64,000 nucleotides of DNA from Eledone cirrhosa. Lineage: Eukaryota. The position numbers and the translations under genes are program-made. This document shows, in pieces, positions 14,101 to 29,100 of the stretch. The notes beneath the pieces were generated by a model. That model searched no databases. It was not told where the DNA came from and saw only the letters and a list, made by a program, of their open reading frames with translations. The DNA is taken from NCBI GenBank assembly GCA_964016885.1, contig OZ024743.1:51212001-51276000 (forward strand), given 5' to 3'. Within the stretch, counting starts at the first letter, position 1; the number at the start of each line of letters is the position of its first letter.

Positions 14101-17100
14101 ACACCACTCGTTAAGGCCTGTCATATCATACCTATCTTTCTGTTAAACACCACTCGTTAAGGCCTGTCATATCATACCTATCTTTCTGTTAAACACCACT
14201 CGTTAAGGCCTGTCATATCATACCTATCTTTCTGTTAAACACCACTCGTTAAGGCCTGTCATATCATACCTATCTTTCTGTTAAACACCACTCGTTAAGG
14301 CCTGTCATATCATACCTGTCTTTCTGTTAAACACCACTCGTTAAGGCCTGTCATATCATACCTGTCTTTCTGTTAAACATCACTCGTTAAGGCCTGTCAT
14401 ATCATACCTGTCTTTCTGTTAAACACCTCTCGTTAAGGCCTGTCATATCATACCTTTCTTTCTGTTAAACACCACTCGTTAAGGCCTGTCATATCATACC
14501 TGTCTTTCTGTTAAACACCTCTCGTTAACGCCTGTCATATCATACCTGTCTTTCTGTTAAACACCACTCGTTAAGGCCTGTCATATCATACCTGTCTTTC
14601 TGTTAAACATCACTCGTTAAGGCCTGTCATATCATACCTGTCTTTCTGTTAAAGACCACTCGTTAAGGCCTGTCATATCATACCTGTCTTTCTGTTAAAC
14701 ACCACTCGTTAAGGCCTGTCATATCATACCTATCTTTCTGTTAAACACCACTCGTTAAGGCCTGTCATATCATACCTGTCTTTCTGTTAAACACCACTCA
14801 TTAAGGCCTGTCATATCATACCTGTATTTCTGTTAAACACCACTCGTTAAGGCCTGTCATATCATACCTGTCTTTCTGTTAAACACCACTCGTTAAGGCC
14901 TGTCATATCATACCTTTCTTTCTGTTAAACACCACTCGTAAAGGCCTGTTAAATCATACCTGTCTTTCTGTTAAACACCACTCGTTAAGGCCTGTCATAT
15001 CATACCTGTCTTTCTGTTAAACACCACTCATTAAGGCCTGTCATATCATACCTGTCTTTCTGTTAAACACCACTCGTTAAGGCCTGTCATATCATACCTA
15101 TCTTTCTGTTAAACACCACTCGTTAAGGCCTGTCATATCATACCTATCTTTCTGTTAAACACCACTCGTTAAGGCCTGTCATATCATACCTGTCTTTCTG
15201 TTAAACACCACTCGTTAAGGCCTGTCATATCATACCTATCTTTCTGTTAAACACCACTCGTTAAGGCCTGTCATATCATACCTGTCTTTCTGTTAAACAC
15301 CTCTCGTTAAGGCCTGTCATATCATACCTTTCTTTCTGTTAAACACCACTCGTTAAGGCCTGTCATATCATACCTGTCTTTCTGTTAAACACCTCTCGTT
15401 AACGCCTTTCATATCATACCTGTCTTTCTGTTAAACACCACTCGTTAAGGCCTGTCATATCATACCTGTCTTTCTGTTAAACATCACTCGTTAAGGCCTG
15501 TCATATCATACCTGTCTTTCTGTTAAACACCACTCGTTAAGGCCTGTCATATCATACCTGTCTTTCTGTTGAACACCACTCGTTAAGGCCTGTCATATCA
15601 TACCTGTCTTTCTGTTGAACACCACTCGTTAAGGCCTGTCATATCATACCTATCTTTCTGTTAAACACCACTCGTTAAGGCCTGTCATATCATACCTGTC
15701 TTTCTGTTGAACACCACTCGTTAAGGCCTGTCATATCATACCTGTCTTTCTGTTAAACATCACTCGTTAAGGCCTGTCATATCATACCTGTCTTTCTGTT
15801 AAACACCTCTCGTTAAGGCCTGTCATATCATACCAGTCTTTCTGTTAAACACCACTCATTAAGGCTTGTCATATCATACCTGTCGTTCTGTTAAACACCA
15901 CTCATTAAGGCTTGTCATATCATACCTGTCTTTCTGTTAAACATCACTCGTTAAGGCCTGTCATATCATACCTGTCTTTCTGTTGAACACCACTCGTTAA
16001 GGCCTGTCATATCATACCTGTCTTTCTGTTAAACACCACTCATTAAGGCTTGTCATATCATACCTGTCTTTCTGTTAAACACCACTCGTTAATGCCTGTC
16101 ATATCATACCTGTCTTTCTGTTAAACACCACTCATTAAGGCTTGTCATATCATACCTGTCTTTCTGTTAAACATCACTCGTTAAGGCCTGTCATATCATA
16201 CCTGTCTTTCTGTTAAACACCACTCATTAAGGCCTGTCATATCATACCTATCTTTCTGTTAAACACCACTCGTTAAGGCCTGTCATATCATACCTGTCTT
16301 TCTGTTAAACACCACTCATTAAGGCCTGTCATATCATACCTGTCTTTCTGTTAAACACCACTCGTTAAGGCCTGTCATATCATACCTGTCTTTCTGTTAA
16401 ACACCACTCGTTAAGGCCTGTCATATCATATCTGTCTTTCTGTTAAACACCACTCGTTAAGGCCTGTCATATCATACCTGTCTTTCTGTTAAACACCACT
16501 CGTTAAGGCCTGTCATATCATATCTGTCTTTCTGTTAAACACCACTCATTAAGGCCTGTCATATCATACCTGTCTTTCTGTTAAACACCACTCATTAAGG
16601 CCTGTCATATCATACCTGTCTTTCTGTTAAACACCACTCATTAAGGCCTGTCATATCATACCTGTCTTTCTGTTAAACACCACTCATTAAGGCCTGTCAT
16701 ATCATACCTGTCTTTCTGTTAAACACCACTCGTTAAGGCCTGTCATATCATATCTGTCTTTCTGTTAAACATCACTCGTTAAGGCCTGTCATATCATATC
16801 TGTCTTTCTGTTAAACACCACTCATTAAGGCCTGTCATATCATACCTGTCTTTCTGTTAAACACCACTCATTAAGGCCTGTCATATCATACCTGTCTTTC
16901 TGTTAAACACCTCTCGTTAATGCCTGTCATATCATACCTGTCTTTCTGTTAAACACCACTCGTTAAGGCCTGTCATATCATACCTGTCTTTCTGTTAAAC
17001 ACCACTCGTTAAGGCCTGTCATATCATACCTGTCTTTCTGTTAAACACCACTCGTTAAGGCCTGTCATATCATACCTGTCTTTCTGTTAAACACCACTCG

Positions 17101-20100
17101 TTAAGGCCTGTCATATCATACCTGTCTTTCTGTTAAACACCACTTGCTAACGCCTGTCATATCATACCTGTCTTTCTGTTAAACACCTCTCGTTAAGGCC
17201 TGTCATATCATACCTGTCTTTCTGTTAAACACCACTTGTTAACGCCTGTCATATCATACCTGTCTTTCTGTTAAACACCACTCGTTAAGGCCTGTCATAT
17301 CATACCTGTCTTTCTGTTAAACACCACTCGTTAAGGCCTGTCATATCATACCTGTCTTTCTGTTAAACACCACTCGTTAAGGCCTGTCATATCATACCTG
17401 TCTTTCTGTTAAACACCACTTGTTAACGCCTGTCATATCATACCTGTCTTTCTGTTAAACACCACTTGTTAACGCCTGTCATATCATACCTGTCTTTCTG
17501 TTAAACACCACTTGTTAACGCCTGTCATATCATATCTGTCTTTCTGTTAAACACCACTCGTTAAGGCCTGTCATATCATACCTGTCTTTCTGTTAAACAC
17601 CACTCGTTAAGGCCTGTCATATCATACCTGTCTTTCTGTTAAACACCACTCGTTAAGGCCTGTCATATCATACCTGTCTTTCTGTTAAACACCACTTGTT
17701 AACGCCTGTCATATCATACCTGTCTTTCTGTTAAGCACCACTCATTAATGCCTGTCATATCATACCTTTCTTTCTGTTAAACACCACTCGTTAAGGCCTG
17801 TGATATCATACCTGTCGTTCTGTTAAACACCACTCGTTAAGGCCTGTCATATCATACCTGTCGTTCTGTTAAACACCACTCGTTAAGGCCTGTCATATAA
17901 TACCTGTCTTTCTGTTAAACATCACTCGTTAAGGCCTGTCATATCATACCTGTCTTTCTGTTAAACACCACTCGTTAAGGCCTGTCATATCATACCTATC
18001 TTTCTGTTAAACACCACTCGTTAAGGCCTGTCATATCATACCTGTCTTTCTGTTAAACACCACTCGTTAAGGCCTGTCATATCATACCTGTCGTTCTGTT
18101 AAACACCACTCGTTAAGGCCTGTCATATCATACCTGTCTTTCTGTTAAACACCACTCGTTAAGGCCTGTCATATCATACCTATCTTTCTGTTAAACACCA
18201 CTCGTTAAGGCCTGTCATATCATACCTATCTTTCTGTTAAACACCACTCGTTAAGGCCTGTGATATCATACCTGTCGTTCTGTTAAACACCACTCGTTAA
18301 GGCCTGTCATATCATACCTGTCTTTCTGTTAAACATCACTCGTTAAGGCCTGTCATATCATACCTGTCTTTCTGTTAAACACCACTCGTTAAGGCCTGTC
18401 ATATCATACCTGTCTTTCTGTTAAACACCACTCGTTAAGGCCTGTCATATCATACCTATCTTTCTGTTAAACACCACTCGTTAAGGCCTGTCATATCATA
18501 CCTATCTTTCTGTTAAACACCACTCGTTAAGGCCTGTCATATCATACCTATCTTTCTGTTAAACACCACTCGTTAAGGCCTGTCATATCATACCTATCTT
18601 TCTGTTAAACACCACTCGTTAAGGCCTGTCATATCATACCTATCTTTCTGTTAAACACCACTCGTTAAGGCCTGTCATATCATACCTATCTTTCTGTTAA
18701 ACACCACTCGTTAAGGCCTGTCATATCATACCTATCTTTCTGTTAAACACCACTCGTTAAGGCCTGTCATATCATACCTGTCTTTCTGTTAAACACCACT
18801 CGTTAAGGCCTGTCATATCATACCTGTCTTTCTGTTAAACATCACTCGTTAAGGCCTGTCATATCATACCTGTCTTTCTGTTAAACATCACTCGTTAAGG
18901 CCTGTCATATCATACCTGTCTTTCTGTTAAACACCACTCGTTAAGGCCTGTCATATCATACCTGTCTTTCTGTTGAACACCACACGTTAAGGCCTGTCAT
19001 ATCATACCTGTCTTTCTGTTGAACACCACTCGTTAAGGCCTGTCATATCATACCTATCTTTCTGTTAAACACCACTCGTTAAGGCCTGTCATATCATACC
19101 TGTCTTTCTGTTGAACACCACTCGTTAAGGCCTGTCATATCATACCTGTCTTTCTGTTAAACATCACTCGTTAAGGCCTGTCATATCATACCTGTCTTTC
19201 TGTTAAACACCTCTCGTTAAGGCCTGTCATATCATACCAGTCTTTCTGTTAAACACCACTCATTAAGGCTTGTCATATCATACCTGTCGTTCTGTTAAAC
19301 ACCACTCATTAAGGCTTGTCATATCATACCTGTCTTTCTGTTAAACACCACTCATTAAGGCCTGTCATATCATACCTGTCTTTCTGTTAAACACCACTCG
19401 TTAAGGCCTGTCATATCATATCTGTCTTTCTGTTAAACACCACTCATTAAGGCCTGTCATATCATACCTGTCTTTCTGTTAAACACCACTCATTAAGGCC
19501 TGTCATATCATACCTGTCTTTCTGTTAAACACCTCTCGTTAATGCCTGTCATATCATACCTGTCTTTCTGTTAAACACCACTCGTTAAGGCCTGTCATAT
19601 CATACCTGTCTTTCTGTTAAACACCTCTCGTTAATGCCTGTCATATCATACCTGTCTTTCTGTTAAACACCACTCGTTAAGGCCTGTCATATCATACCTG
19701 TCTTTCTGTTAAACACCTCTCGTTAATGCCTGTCATATCATACCTGTCTTTCTGTTAAACACCACTCGTTAAGGCCTGTCATATCATACCTATCTTTCTG
19801 TTAAACACCACTCGTTAAGGCCTGTCATATCATACCTGTCTTTCTGTTAAATACCACTCGTTAAGGCCTGTCATATCATACCTGTCTTTCTGTTAAACAC
19901 CACTCGTTAAGGCCTGTCATATCATACCTGTCTTTCTGTTAAACACCACTCGTTAAGGCCTGTCATATCATACCTGTCTTTCTGTTAAACACCACTCGTT
20001 AAGGCCTGTCATATCATACCTGTCTTTCTGTTAAACACCACTTGTTAACGCCTGTCATATCATACCTGTCTTTCTGTTAAACACCTCTCGTTAAGGCCTG

Positions 20101-23100
20101 TCATATCATACCTGTCTTTCTGTTAAACACCACTTGTTAACGCCTGTCATATCATACCTGTCTTTCTGTTAAACACCACTCGTTAAGGCCTGTCATATCA
20201 TACCTGTCTTTCTGTTAAACACCACTCGTTAAGGCCTGTCATATCATACCTGTCTTTCTGTTAAACACCACTCGTTAAGGCCTGTCATATCATACCTGTC
20301 TTTCTGTTAAACACCACTTGTTAACGCCTGTCATATCATACCTGTCTTTCTGTTAAACACCACTTGTTAACGCCTGTCATATCATACCTGTCTTTCTGTT
20401 AAACACCACTTGTTAACGCCTGTCATATCATATCTGTCTTTCTGTTAAACACCACTCGTTAAGGCCTGTCATATCATACCTGTCTTTCTGTTAAACACCA
20501 CTCGTTAAGGCCTGTCATATCATACCTGTCTTTCTGTTAAACACCACTTGTTAACGCCTGTCATATCATACCTGTCTTTCTGTTAAACACCTCTCGTTAA
20601 GGCCTGTCATATCATACCTGTCTTTCTGTTAAACACCACTCGTTAAGGCCTGTCATATCATACCTGTCTTTCTGTTAAACGCCACTTGTTAACGCCTGTC
20701 ATATCATACCTGTCTTTCTGTTAAACACCTCTCGTTAAGGCCTGTCATATCATACCTGTCTTTCTGTTAAACACCACTCGTTAAGGCCTGTCATATCATA
20801 CCTGTCTTTCTGTTAAACACCACTTGTTAACGCCTGTCATATCATACCTGTCTTTCTGTTAAACACCACTCGTTAAGGCCTGTCATATCATACCTGTCTT
20901 TCTGTTAAACACCACTCGTTAAGGCCTGTCATATCATACCTGTCTTTCTGTTAAACACCACTCGTTAAGGCCTGTCATATCATACCTGTCTTTCTGTTAA
21001 ACACCACTCGTTAAGGCCTGTCATATCATACCTGTCTTTCTGTTAAACACCACTCCTTAAGGCCTGTCATATCATACCTGTCTTTCTGTTAAACACCACT
21101 CCTTAAGGCCTGTCATATCATACCTGTCTTTCTGTTAAACATCACTCGTTAAGGCCTGTCATATCATACCTGTCGTTCTGTTAAACACCACTCGTTAAGG
21201 CCTGTCATATCATACCTGTCTTTCTGTTAAACATCACTCGTTAAGGCCTGTCATATCATACCTGTCTTTCTGTTAAACACCACTCGTTAAGGCCTGTCAT
21301 ATCATACCTATCTTTCTGTTAAACACCACTCGTTAAGGCCTGTCATATCATACCTATCTTTCTGTTAAACACCACTCGTTAAGGCCTGTCATATCATACC
21401 TGTCGATCTGTTAAACACCACTCGTTAAGGCCTGTCATATCATACCTGTCTTTCTGTTAAACACCACTCGTTAAGGCCTGTCATATCATACCTGTCTTTC
21501 TGTTAAACACCACTCGTTAAGGCCTGTCATATCATACCTGTCTTTCTGTTAAACACCACTCGTTAAGGCCTGTCATATCATACCTGTCTTTCTGTTAAAC
21601 ACCACTCGTTAAGGCCTGTCATATCATACCTGTCTTTCTGTTAAACATTACTCGTTAAGGCCTGTCATATCATACTTGTCTTTCTGTTAAACACCACTCA
21701 TTAATGCCTGTCATATCATACCTGTCATTCTGTTAAACACCACTCGTTAAGGCCTGTCATATCATACCTGTCTTTCTGTTAAACACCACTCATTAATGCC
21801 TGTCATATCATACCTGTCTTTCTGTTAAACACCACTCGTAAAAGCCTGTCATATCATACCTGTCGATCTGTTAAACACCACTCGTTAAGGCCTGTCATAT
21901 CATACCTGTCTTTCTGTTAAACACCACTCATTAAGGCCTGTCATATCATACCTGTCTTTCTGTTAAACACCACTCGTTAAAGCCTTTCATATCATACCTG
22001 TCTTTCTGTTAAACACCACTCGTTAAGGCCTGTCATATAATACCTGTCTTTCTGTTAAACACCACTCGTTAAGGCGTCATATCATACCAGTCTTTCTGTT
22101 AAACACCACTCGTTAAGGCCTGTCTATCATACCTATCTTTCTGTTAAACACCACTCGTTAAGGCCTGTCATATCATATCTGTCTTTCTGTTAAACACCAC
22201 TCGTTAAGGCCTGTCATATCATACCTGTCTTTCTGTTAAACAACACTCGTTAAGGCCTGTCATATCATACCTATCTTTCTGTTAAACACCACTCGTTAAG
22301 GCCTGTCATATCATACCTGTCTTTCTGTTAAACACCACTCGTTAAGGCCTGTCATATCATACCTATCTTTCTGTTAAACACCACTCGTTAAGGCCTGTCA
22401 TATCATACCTGTCTTTCTGTTAAACACCACTCGTTAAGGCCTGTCATATCATACCGGTCTTTCTGTTAAACACCACTCGTTAAGGCCTGTCATATCATAC
22501 CTGTCTTTCTGTTAAACACCACTCGTTAAGGCCTGTCATATCATACCTATCTTTCTGTTAAACACCACTCGTTAAGGCCTGTCATATCATACCTATCTTT
22601 CTGTTAAACACCACTCGTTAAGGCCTGTCATATCATATCTGTCTTTCTGTTAAACACCACTCGTTAAGGCCTGTCATATCATACCTGTCTTTCTGTTAAA
22701 CACCACTCGTTAAGGCCTGTCATATCATATCTGTCTTTCTGTTAAACACCACTCGTTAAGGCCTGTCATATCATACCTGTCTTTCTGTTAAACACAACTC
22801 GTTAAGGCCTGTCATATCATACCTGTCTTTCTGTTAAACACCACTCGTTAAGGCCTGTCATATCATACCTATCTTTCTGTTAAACACCACTCGTTAAGGC
22901 CTGTCATATCATACCTATCTTTCTGTTAAACACCACTCGTTAAGGCCTGTCATATCATACCTATCTTTCTGTTAAACACCACTCGTTAAGGCCTGTCATA
23001 TCATACCTGTCTTTCTGTTAAACACAACTCGTTAAGGCCTGTCATATCATACCAGTCTTTCTGTTAAACACAACTCGTTAAGGCCTGTCATATCATACCT

Positions 23101-26100
23101 GTCTTTCTGTTAAACACCACTCGTTAAGGCCTGTCATATCATACCTGTCTTTCTGTTAAACATCACTCGTTAAGGCCTGTCATATCATACCTGTCTTTCT
23201 GTTAAACATCACTCGTTAAGGCCTGTCATATCATACCTGTCTTTCTGTTAAACACCACTCGTTAAGGCCTGTCATATCATACCTGTCTTTCTGTTAAACA
23301 CCACTCATTAAGGCCTGTCATATCATACCTGTATTTCTGTTAAACACCACTCGTTAAGGCCTGTCATATCATACCTGTATTTCTGTTAAACACCACTCGT
23401 TAAGGCCTGTCATATCATACCTGTCTTTCTGTTAAACACCACTCATTAATGCCTGTCATATCATACCTGTCTTTCTGTTAAACACCACTCGTTAATGCCT
23501 GTCATATCATACCTGTCTTTCTGTTAAACACCACTCGTTAAGGCCTGTCATATCATACCTGTCTTTCTGTTAAACACCACTCATTAATGCCTGTCATATC
23601 ATACCTGTCTTTCTGTTAAACATCACTCATTAATGCCTGTCATATCATATCTGTCTTTCTGTTAAACACCACTCGTTAAGGCCTGTCATATCATACCTGT
23701 CTTTCTGTTAAACACCACTCATTAATGCCTATCATATCATACCTGTCTTTCTGTTAAACATCACTCATTAATGCCTGTCATATCATACCTGTCTTTCTGT
23801 TAAACACCACTCGTTAAGGCCTGTCATATCATACCTGTCTTTCTGTTAAACACCACTCATTAAGGCCTGTCATATCATACCTGTCTTTCTGTTAAACACC
23901 TCTCGTTAAGGGCTGTCATACCATACCTGTCTTTCTGTTAAACACCACTCATTAATGCCTATCATATCATACCTGTCTTTCTGTTAAACACCACTCGTTA
24001 AGGCCTGTCATATCATACCTGTCTTTCTGTTAAACACCACTCATTAATGCCTGTCATATCATATCTGTCTTTCTGTTAAACACCACTCGTTAAGGCCTGT
24101 CATATCATACCTGTCTTTCTGTTAAACACCACTCATTAATGCCTGTCATATCATACCTGTCTTTCTGTTAAACACCACTCGTTAAGGCCTGTCATATCAT
24201 ACCTGTCTTTCTGTTAAACACCACTCATTAATGCCTGTCATATCATACCTGTCTTTCTGTTAAACACCACTCATTAAGGCCTGTCATATCATACCTGTCT
24301 TTCTGTTAGGCACCACTCGTTAAGGCCTGTCATATCATACCTGTCTTTCTGTTAAACACCACTCGTTAAGGCCTGTCATATCATACCTGTCTTTCTGTTA
24401 AACACCACTCATTAAGGCCTGTCATATCATACCTGTCTTTCTGTTAAACACCACTCGTTAAGGCCTGTCATATCATACCTGTCTTTCTGTTAAACACCAC
24501 TCGTTAAGGCCTGTCATATCATACCTGTCTTTCTGTTAAACACCACTCGTTAAGGCCTGTCATATCATACCTGTCTTTCTGTTAAACACCACTCATTAAC
24601 GCCTGTCATATCATACCTGTCTTTCTGTTAGGCACCACTCGTTAAGGCATGTCATATCATACCTGTCTTTCTTTTAAACACCACTCGTTAAGGCCTGTCA
24701 TATCATACCTGTCTTTCTGTTAAACACCACTCGTTAAGGCCTGTCATATCATACCTGTCTTTCTGTTAAACACCACTCGTTAAGGCCTGTCATATCATAC
24801 CTGTCTTTCTGTTAAACACCACTCGTTAAGGCCTGTCATATCATACCTGTCTTTCTGTTAAACACCACTCGTTAAGGCCTGTCATATCATACCTGTCTTT
24901 CTGTTAAACACCACTCGTTAACGCCTGTCATATCATACCTGTCTTTCTGTTAGACACCACTCGTTAAGGCCTGTCATATCATACCTGTCTTTCTGTTAAA
25001 CACCACTCGTTAAGGCCTGTCATATCATACCTATCTTTCTGTTAAACACCACTCGTTAAGGCCTGTCATATCATACCTATCTTTCTGTTAAACACCACTC
25101 GTTAAGGCCTGTCATATCATACCTGTCTTTCTGTTAAACACCACTCGTTAAGGCCTGTCATATCATACCTATCTTTCTGTTAAACACCACTCGTTAAGGC
25201 CTGTCATATCATACCTGTCTTTCTGTTAAACACCACTCATTAAGGCCTGTCATATCATACCTGTATTTCTGTTAAACACCACTCGTTAAGGCCTGTCATA
25301 TCATACCTGTATTTCTGTTAAACACCACTCGTTAAGGCCTGTCATATCATACCTGTCTTTCTGTTAAACACCACTCATTAATGCCTGTCATATCATACCT
25401 GTCTTTCTGTTAAACACCACTCGTTAATGCCTGTCATATCATACCTGTCTTTCTGTTAAACACCACTCGTTAAGGCCTGTCATATCATACCTGTCTTTCT
25501 GTTAAACACCACTCATTAATGCCTGTCATATCATACCTGTCTTTCTGTTAAACATCACTCATTAATGCCTGTCATATCATATCTGTCTTTCTGTTAAACA
25601 CCACTCGTTAAGGCCTGTCATATCATACCTGTCTTTGTGTTAAACACCACTCATTAATGCCTATCATATCATACCTGTCTTTCTGTTAAACATCACTCAT
25701 TAATGCCTGTCATATCATACCTGTCTTTCTGTTAAACACCACTCGTTAAGGCCTGTCATATCATACCTGTCTTTCTGTTAAACACCACTCATTAAGGCCT
25801 GTCATATCATACCTGTCTTTCTGTTAAACACCTCTCGTTAAGGGCTGTCATACCATACCTGTCTTTCTGTTAAACACCACTCATTAATGCCTATCATATC
25901 ATACCTGTCTTTCTGTTAAACACCACTCGTTAAGGCCTGTCATATCATACCTGTCTTTCTGTTAAACACCACTCATTAATGCCTGTCATATCATATCTGT
26001 CTTTCTGTTAAACACCACTCGTTAAGGCCTGTCATATCATACCTGTCTTTCTGTTAAACACCACTCATTAATGCCTGTCATATCATACCTGTCTTTCTGT

Positions 26101-29100
26101 TAAACACCACTCGTTAAGGCCTGTCATATCATACCTGTCTTTCTGTTAAACACCACTCATTAATGCCTGTCATATCATACCTGTCTTTCTGTTAAACACC
26201 ACTCATTAAGGCCTGTCATATCATACCTGTCTTTCTGTTAGGCACCACTCGTTAAGGCCTGTCATATCATACCTGTCTTTCTGTTAAACACCACTCGTTA
26301 AGGCCTGTCATATCATACCTGTCTTTCTGTTAAACACCACTCATTAAGGCCTGTCATATCATACCTGTCTTTCTGTTAAACACCACTCGTTAAGGCCTGT
26401 CATATCATACCTGTCTTTCTGTTAAACACCACTCGTTAAGGCCTGTCATATCATACCTGTCTTTCTGTTAAACACCACTCGTTAAGGCCTGTCATATCAT
26501 ACCTGTCTTTCTGTTAAACACCACTCATTAACGCCTGTCATATCATACCTGTCTTTCTGTTAGGCACCACTCGTTAAGGCATGTCATATCATACCTGTCT
26601 TTCTTTTAAACACCACTCGTTAAGGCCTGTCATATCATACCTGTCTTTCTGTTAAACACCACTCGTTAAGGCCTGTCATATCATACCTGTCTTTCTGTTA
26701 AACACCACTCGTTAAGGCCTGTCATATCATACCTGTCTTTCTGTTAAACACCACTCGTTAAGGCCTGTCATATCATACCTGTCTTTCTGTTAAACACCAC
26801 TCGTTAAGGCCTGTCATATCATACCTGTCTTTCTGTTAAACACCACTCGTTAACGCCTGTCATATCATACCTGTCTTTCTGTTAGACACCACTCGTTAAG
26901 GCCTGTCATTTCATACCTGTCTTTCTGTTAAACAACACTCGTTAAGGCCTGTCATATCATACCTGTCGTTCTGTTAAACACCACTCGTTAAGGCCTGTCA
27001 TATCATACCTGTCTTTCTGTTAAACATCACTGGTTAAGGCCTGTCATATCATACCTGTCTTTCTGTTAAACATCACTGGTTAAGGCCTGTCATATCATAC
27101 CTGTCTTTCTGTTAAACACCACTCGTTAAGGCCTGTCATATCATACCTATCTTTCTGTTAAACACCACTCGTTAAGGCCTGTCATATCATACCTGTCTTT
27201 CTGTTAAACACCACTCGTTAAGGCCCGTCATATCATACCTGTCATTCTGTTAAACACCACTCGTTAAGGCCTGTCATATCATACCTGTCCTTCTGTTAAA
27301 CACCACTCGTTAAGGCGTCATATCATACCTGTCATTCTGTTAAACACCACTCGTTAAGGCCTATCATATCATACCTATCTTTCTGTTAAACACCACTCGT
27401 TAAGGCCTGTCATATCATACCTGTCTTTCTGTTAAACACCACTCCTTAAGGCCTGTCATATCATACCTATCTTTCTGTTAAACACCACTCGTTAAGGCCT
27501 GTCATATCATACCTGTCTTTCTGTTAAACACCACTCGTTAAGGCCTGTCATATCATACCTATCTTTCTGTTAAACACCACTCGTTAAGGCCTGTCATATC
27601 ATATCTGTCTTTCTGTTAAACACCACTCGTTAAGGCCCGTCATATCATACCTGTCATTCTGTTAAACACCACTCGTTAAGGCCTATCATATCATACCTAT
27701 CTTTCTGTTAAACACCACTCGTTAAGGCCTGTCATATCATACCTGTCTTTCTGTTAAACACCACTCCTTAAGGCCTGTCATATCATACCTATCTTTCTGT
27801 TAAACACCACTCGTTAAGGCCTGTCATATCATACCTTTCTTTCTGTTAAACACCACTCGTTAAGGCCTGTCATATCATACCTATCTTTCAGTTAAACACC
27901 ACTCGTTAAGGCCTGTCATATCATATCTGTCTTTCTGTTAAACACCACTCGTTAAGGCCCGTCATATCATACCTGTCATTCTGTTAAACACCACTCGTTA
28001 AGGCCTGTCATATCATACCTGTCCTTCTGTTAAACACCACTCGTTAAGGCGTCATATCATACCTGTCATTCTGTTAAACACCACTCGTTAAGGCCTATCA
28101 TATCATACCTATCTTTCTGTTAAACACCACTCGTTAAGGCCTGTCATATCATACATTTCTTTCTGTTAAACACCACTCGTTAAGGCCTGTCATATCATAT
28201 CTGTCTTTCTGTTAAACACCACTCGTTAAGGCCTGTCATATCATACCTGTCTTTCTGTTAAACACCACTCGTTAAGGCCTGTCATATCATACCTGTCTTT
28301 CTGTTAAACACCACTCGTTAAGGCCTGTCATATCATACCTGTCTTTCTGTTAAACACCACTCGTTAAGGCCTGTCATATCATACCTGTCTTTCTGTTAAA
28401 CACCACTCATTAAGGCCTGTCATATCATACCTGTCTTTCTGTTAAACACCTCTCGTTAAGGCCTATCATATCATACCTGTCTTTCTGTTAAACACCACTC
28501 GTTAAGGCCTGTCATATCATACCTGTCTTTCTGTTAAACACCACTCGTTAAGGCCTGTCATATCATACCTGTCTTTCTGTTAAACACCACTCGTTAAGGC
28601 CTGTCATATCATACCTGTCTTTCTGTTAAACACCACTCGTTAAGGCCTGTCATATCATACCTGTCTTTCTGTTAAACACCACTCGTTAAGGCCTGTCATA
28701 TCATACCTGTCTTTCTGTTAAACACCACTCGTTAAGGCCTGTCATATCATACCTGTCTTTCTGTTAAACACCACTCGTTATGGCCTGTCATATCATACCT
28801 GTCTTTCTGTTAAACACCACTCGTTAAGGCCTGTCATATCATACCTGTCTTTCTGTTAAACACCACTCGTTAAGGCCTGTCATATCATACCTGTCTTTCT
28901 GTTAAACACCACTCGTTAAGGCCTGTCATATCATACCTGTCTTTCTGTTAAACATCACTCGTTAAGGCCTGTCATATCATACCTGTCTTTCTGTTAAACA
29001 CCACTCGTTAAGGCCTGTCATATCATACCTGTCTTTCTGTTAAACATCACTCGTTAAGGTCTGTCATATCATACCTGTCTTTCTGTTAAACACCACTCGT

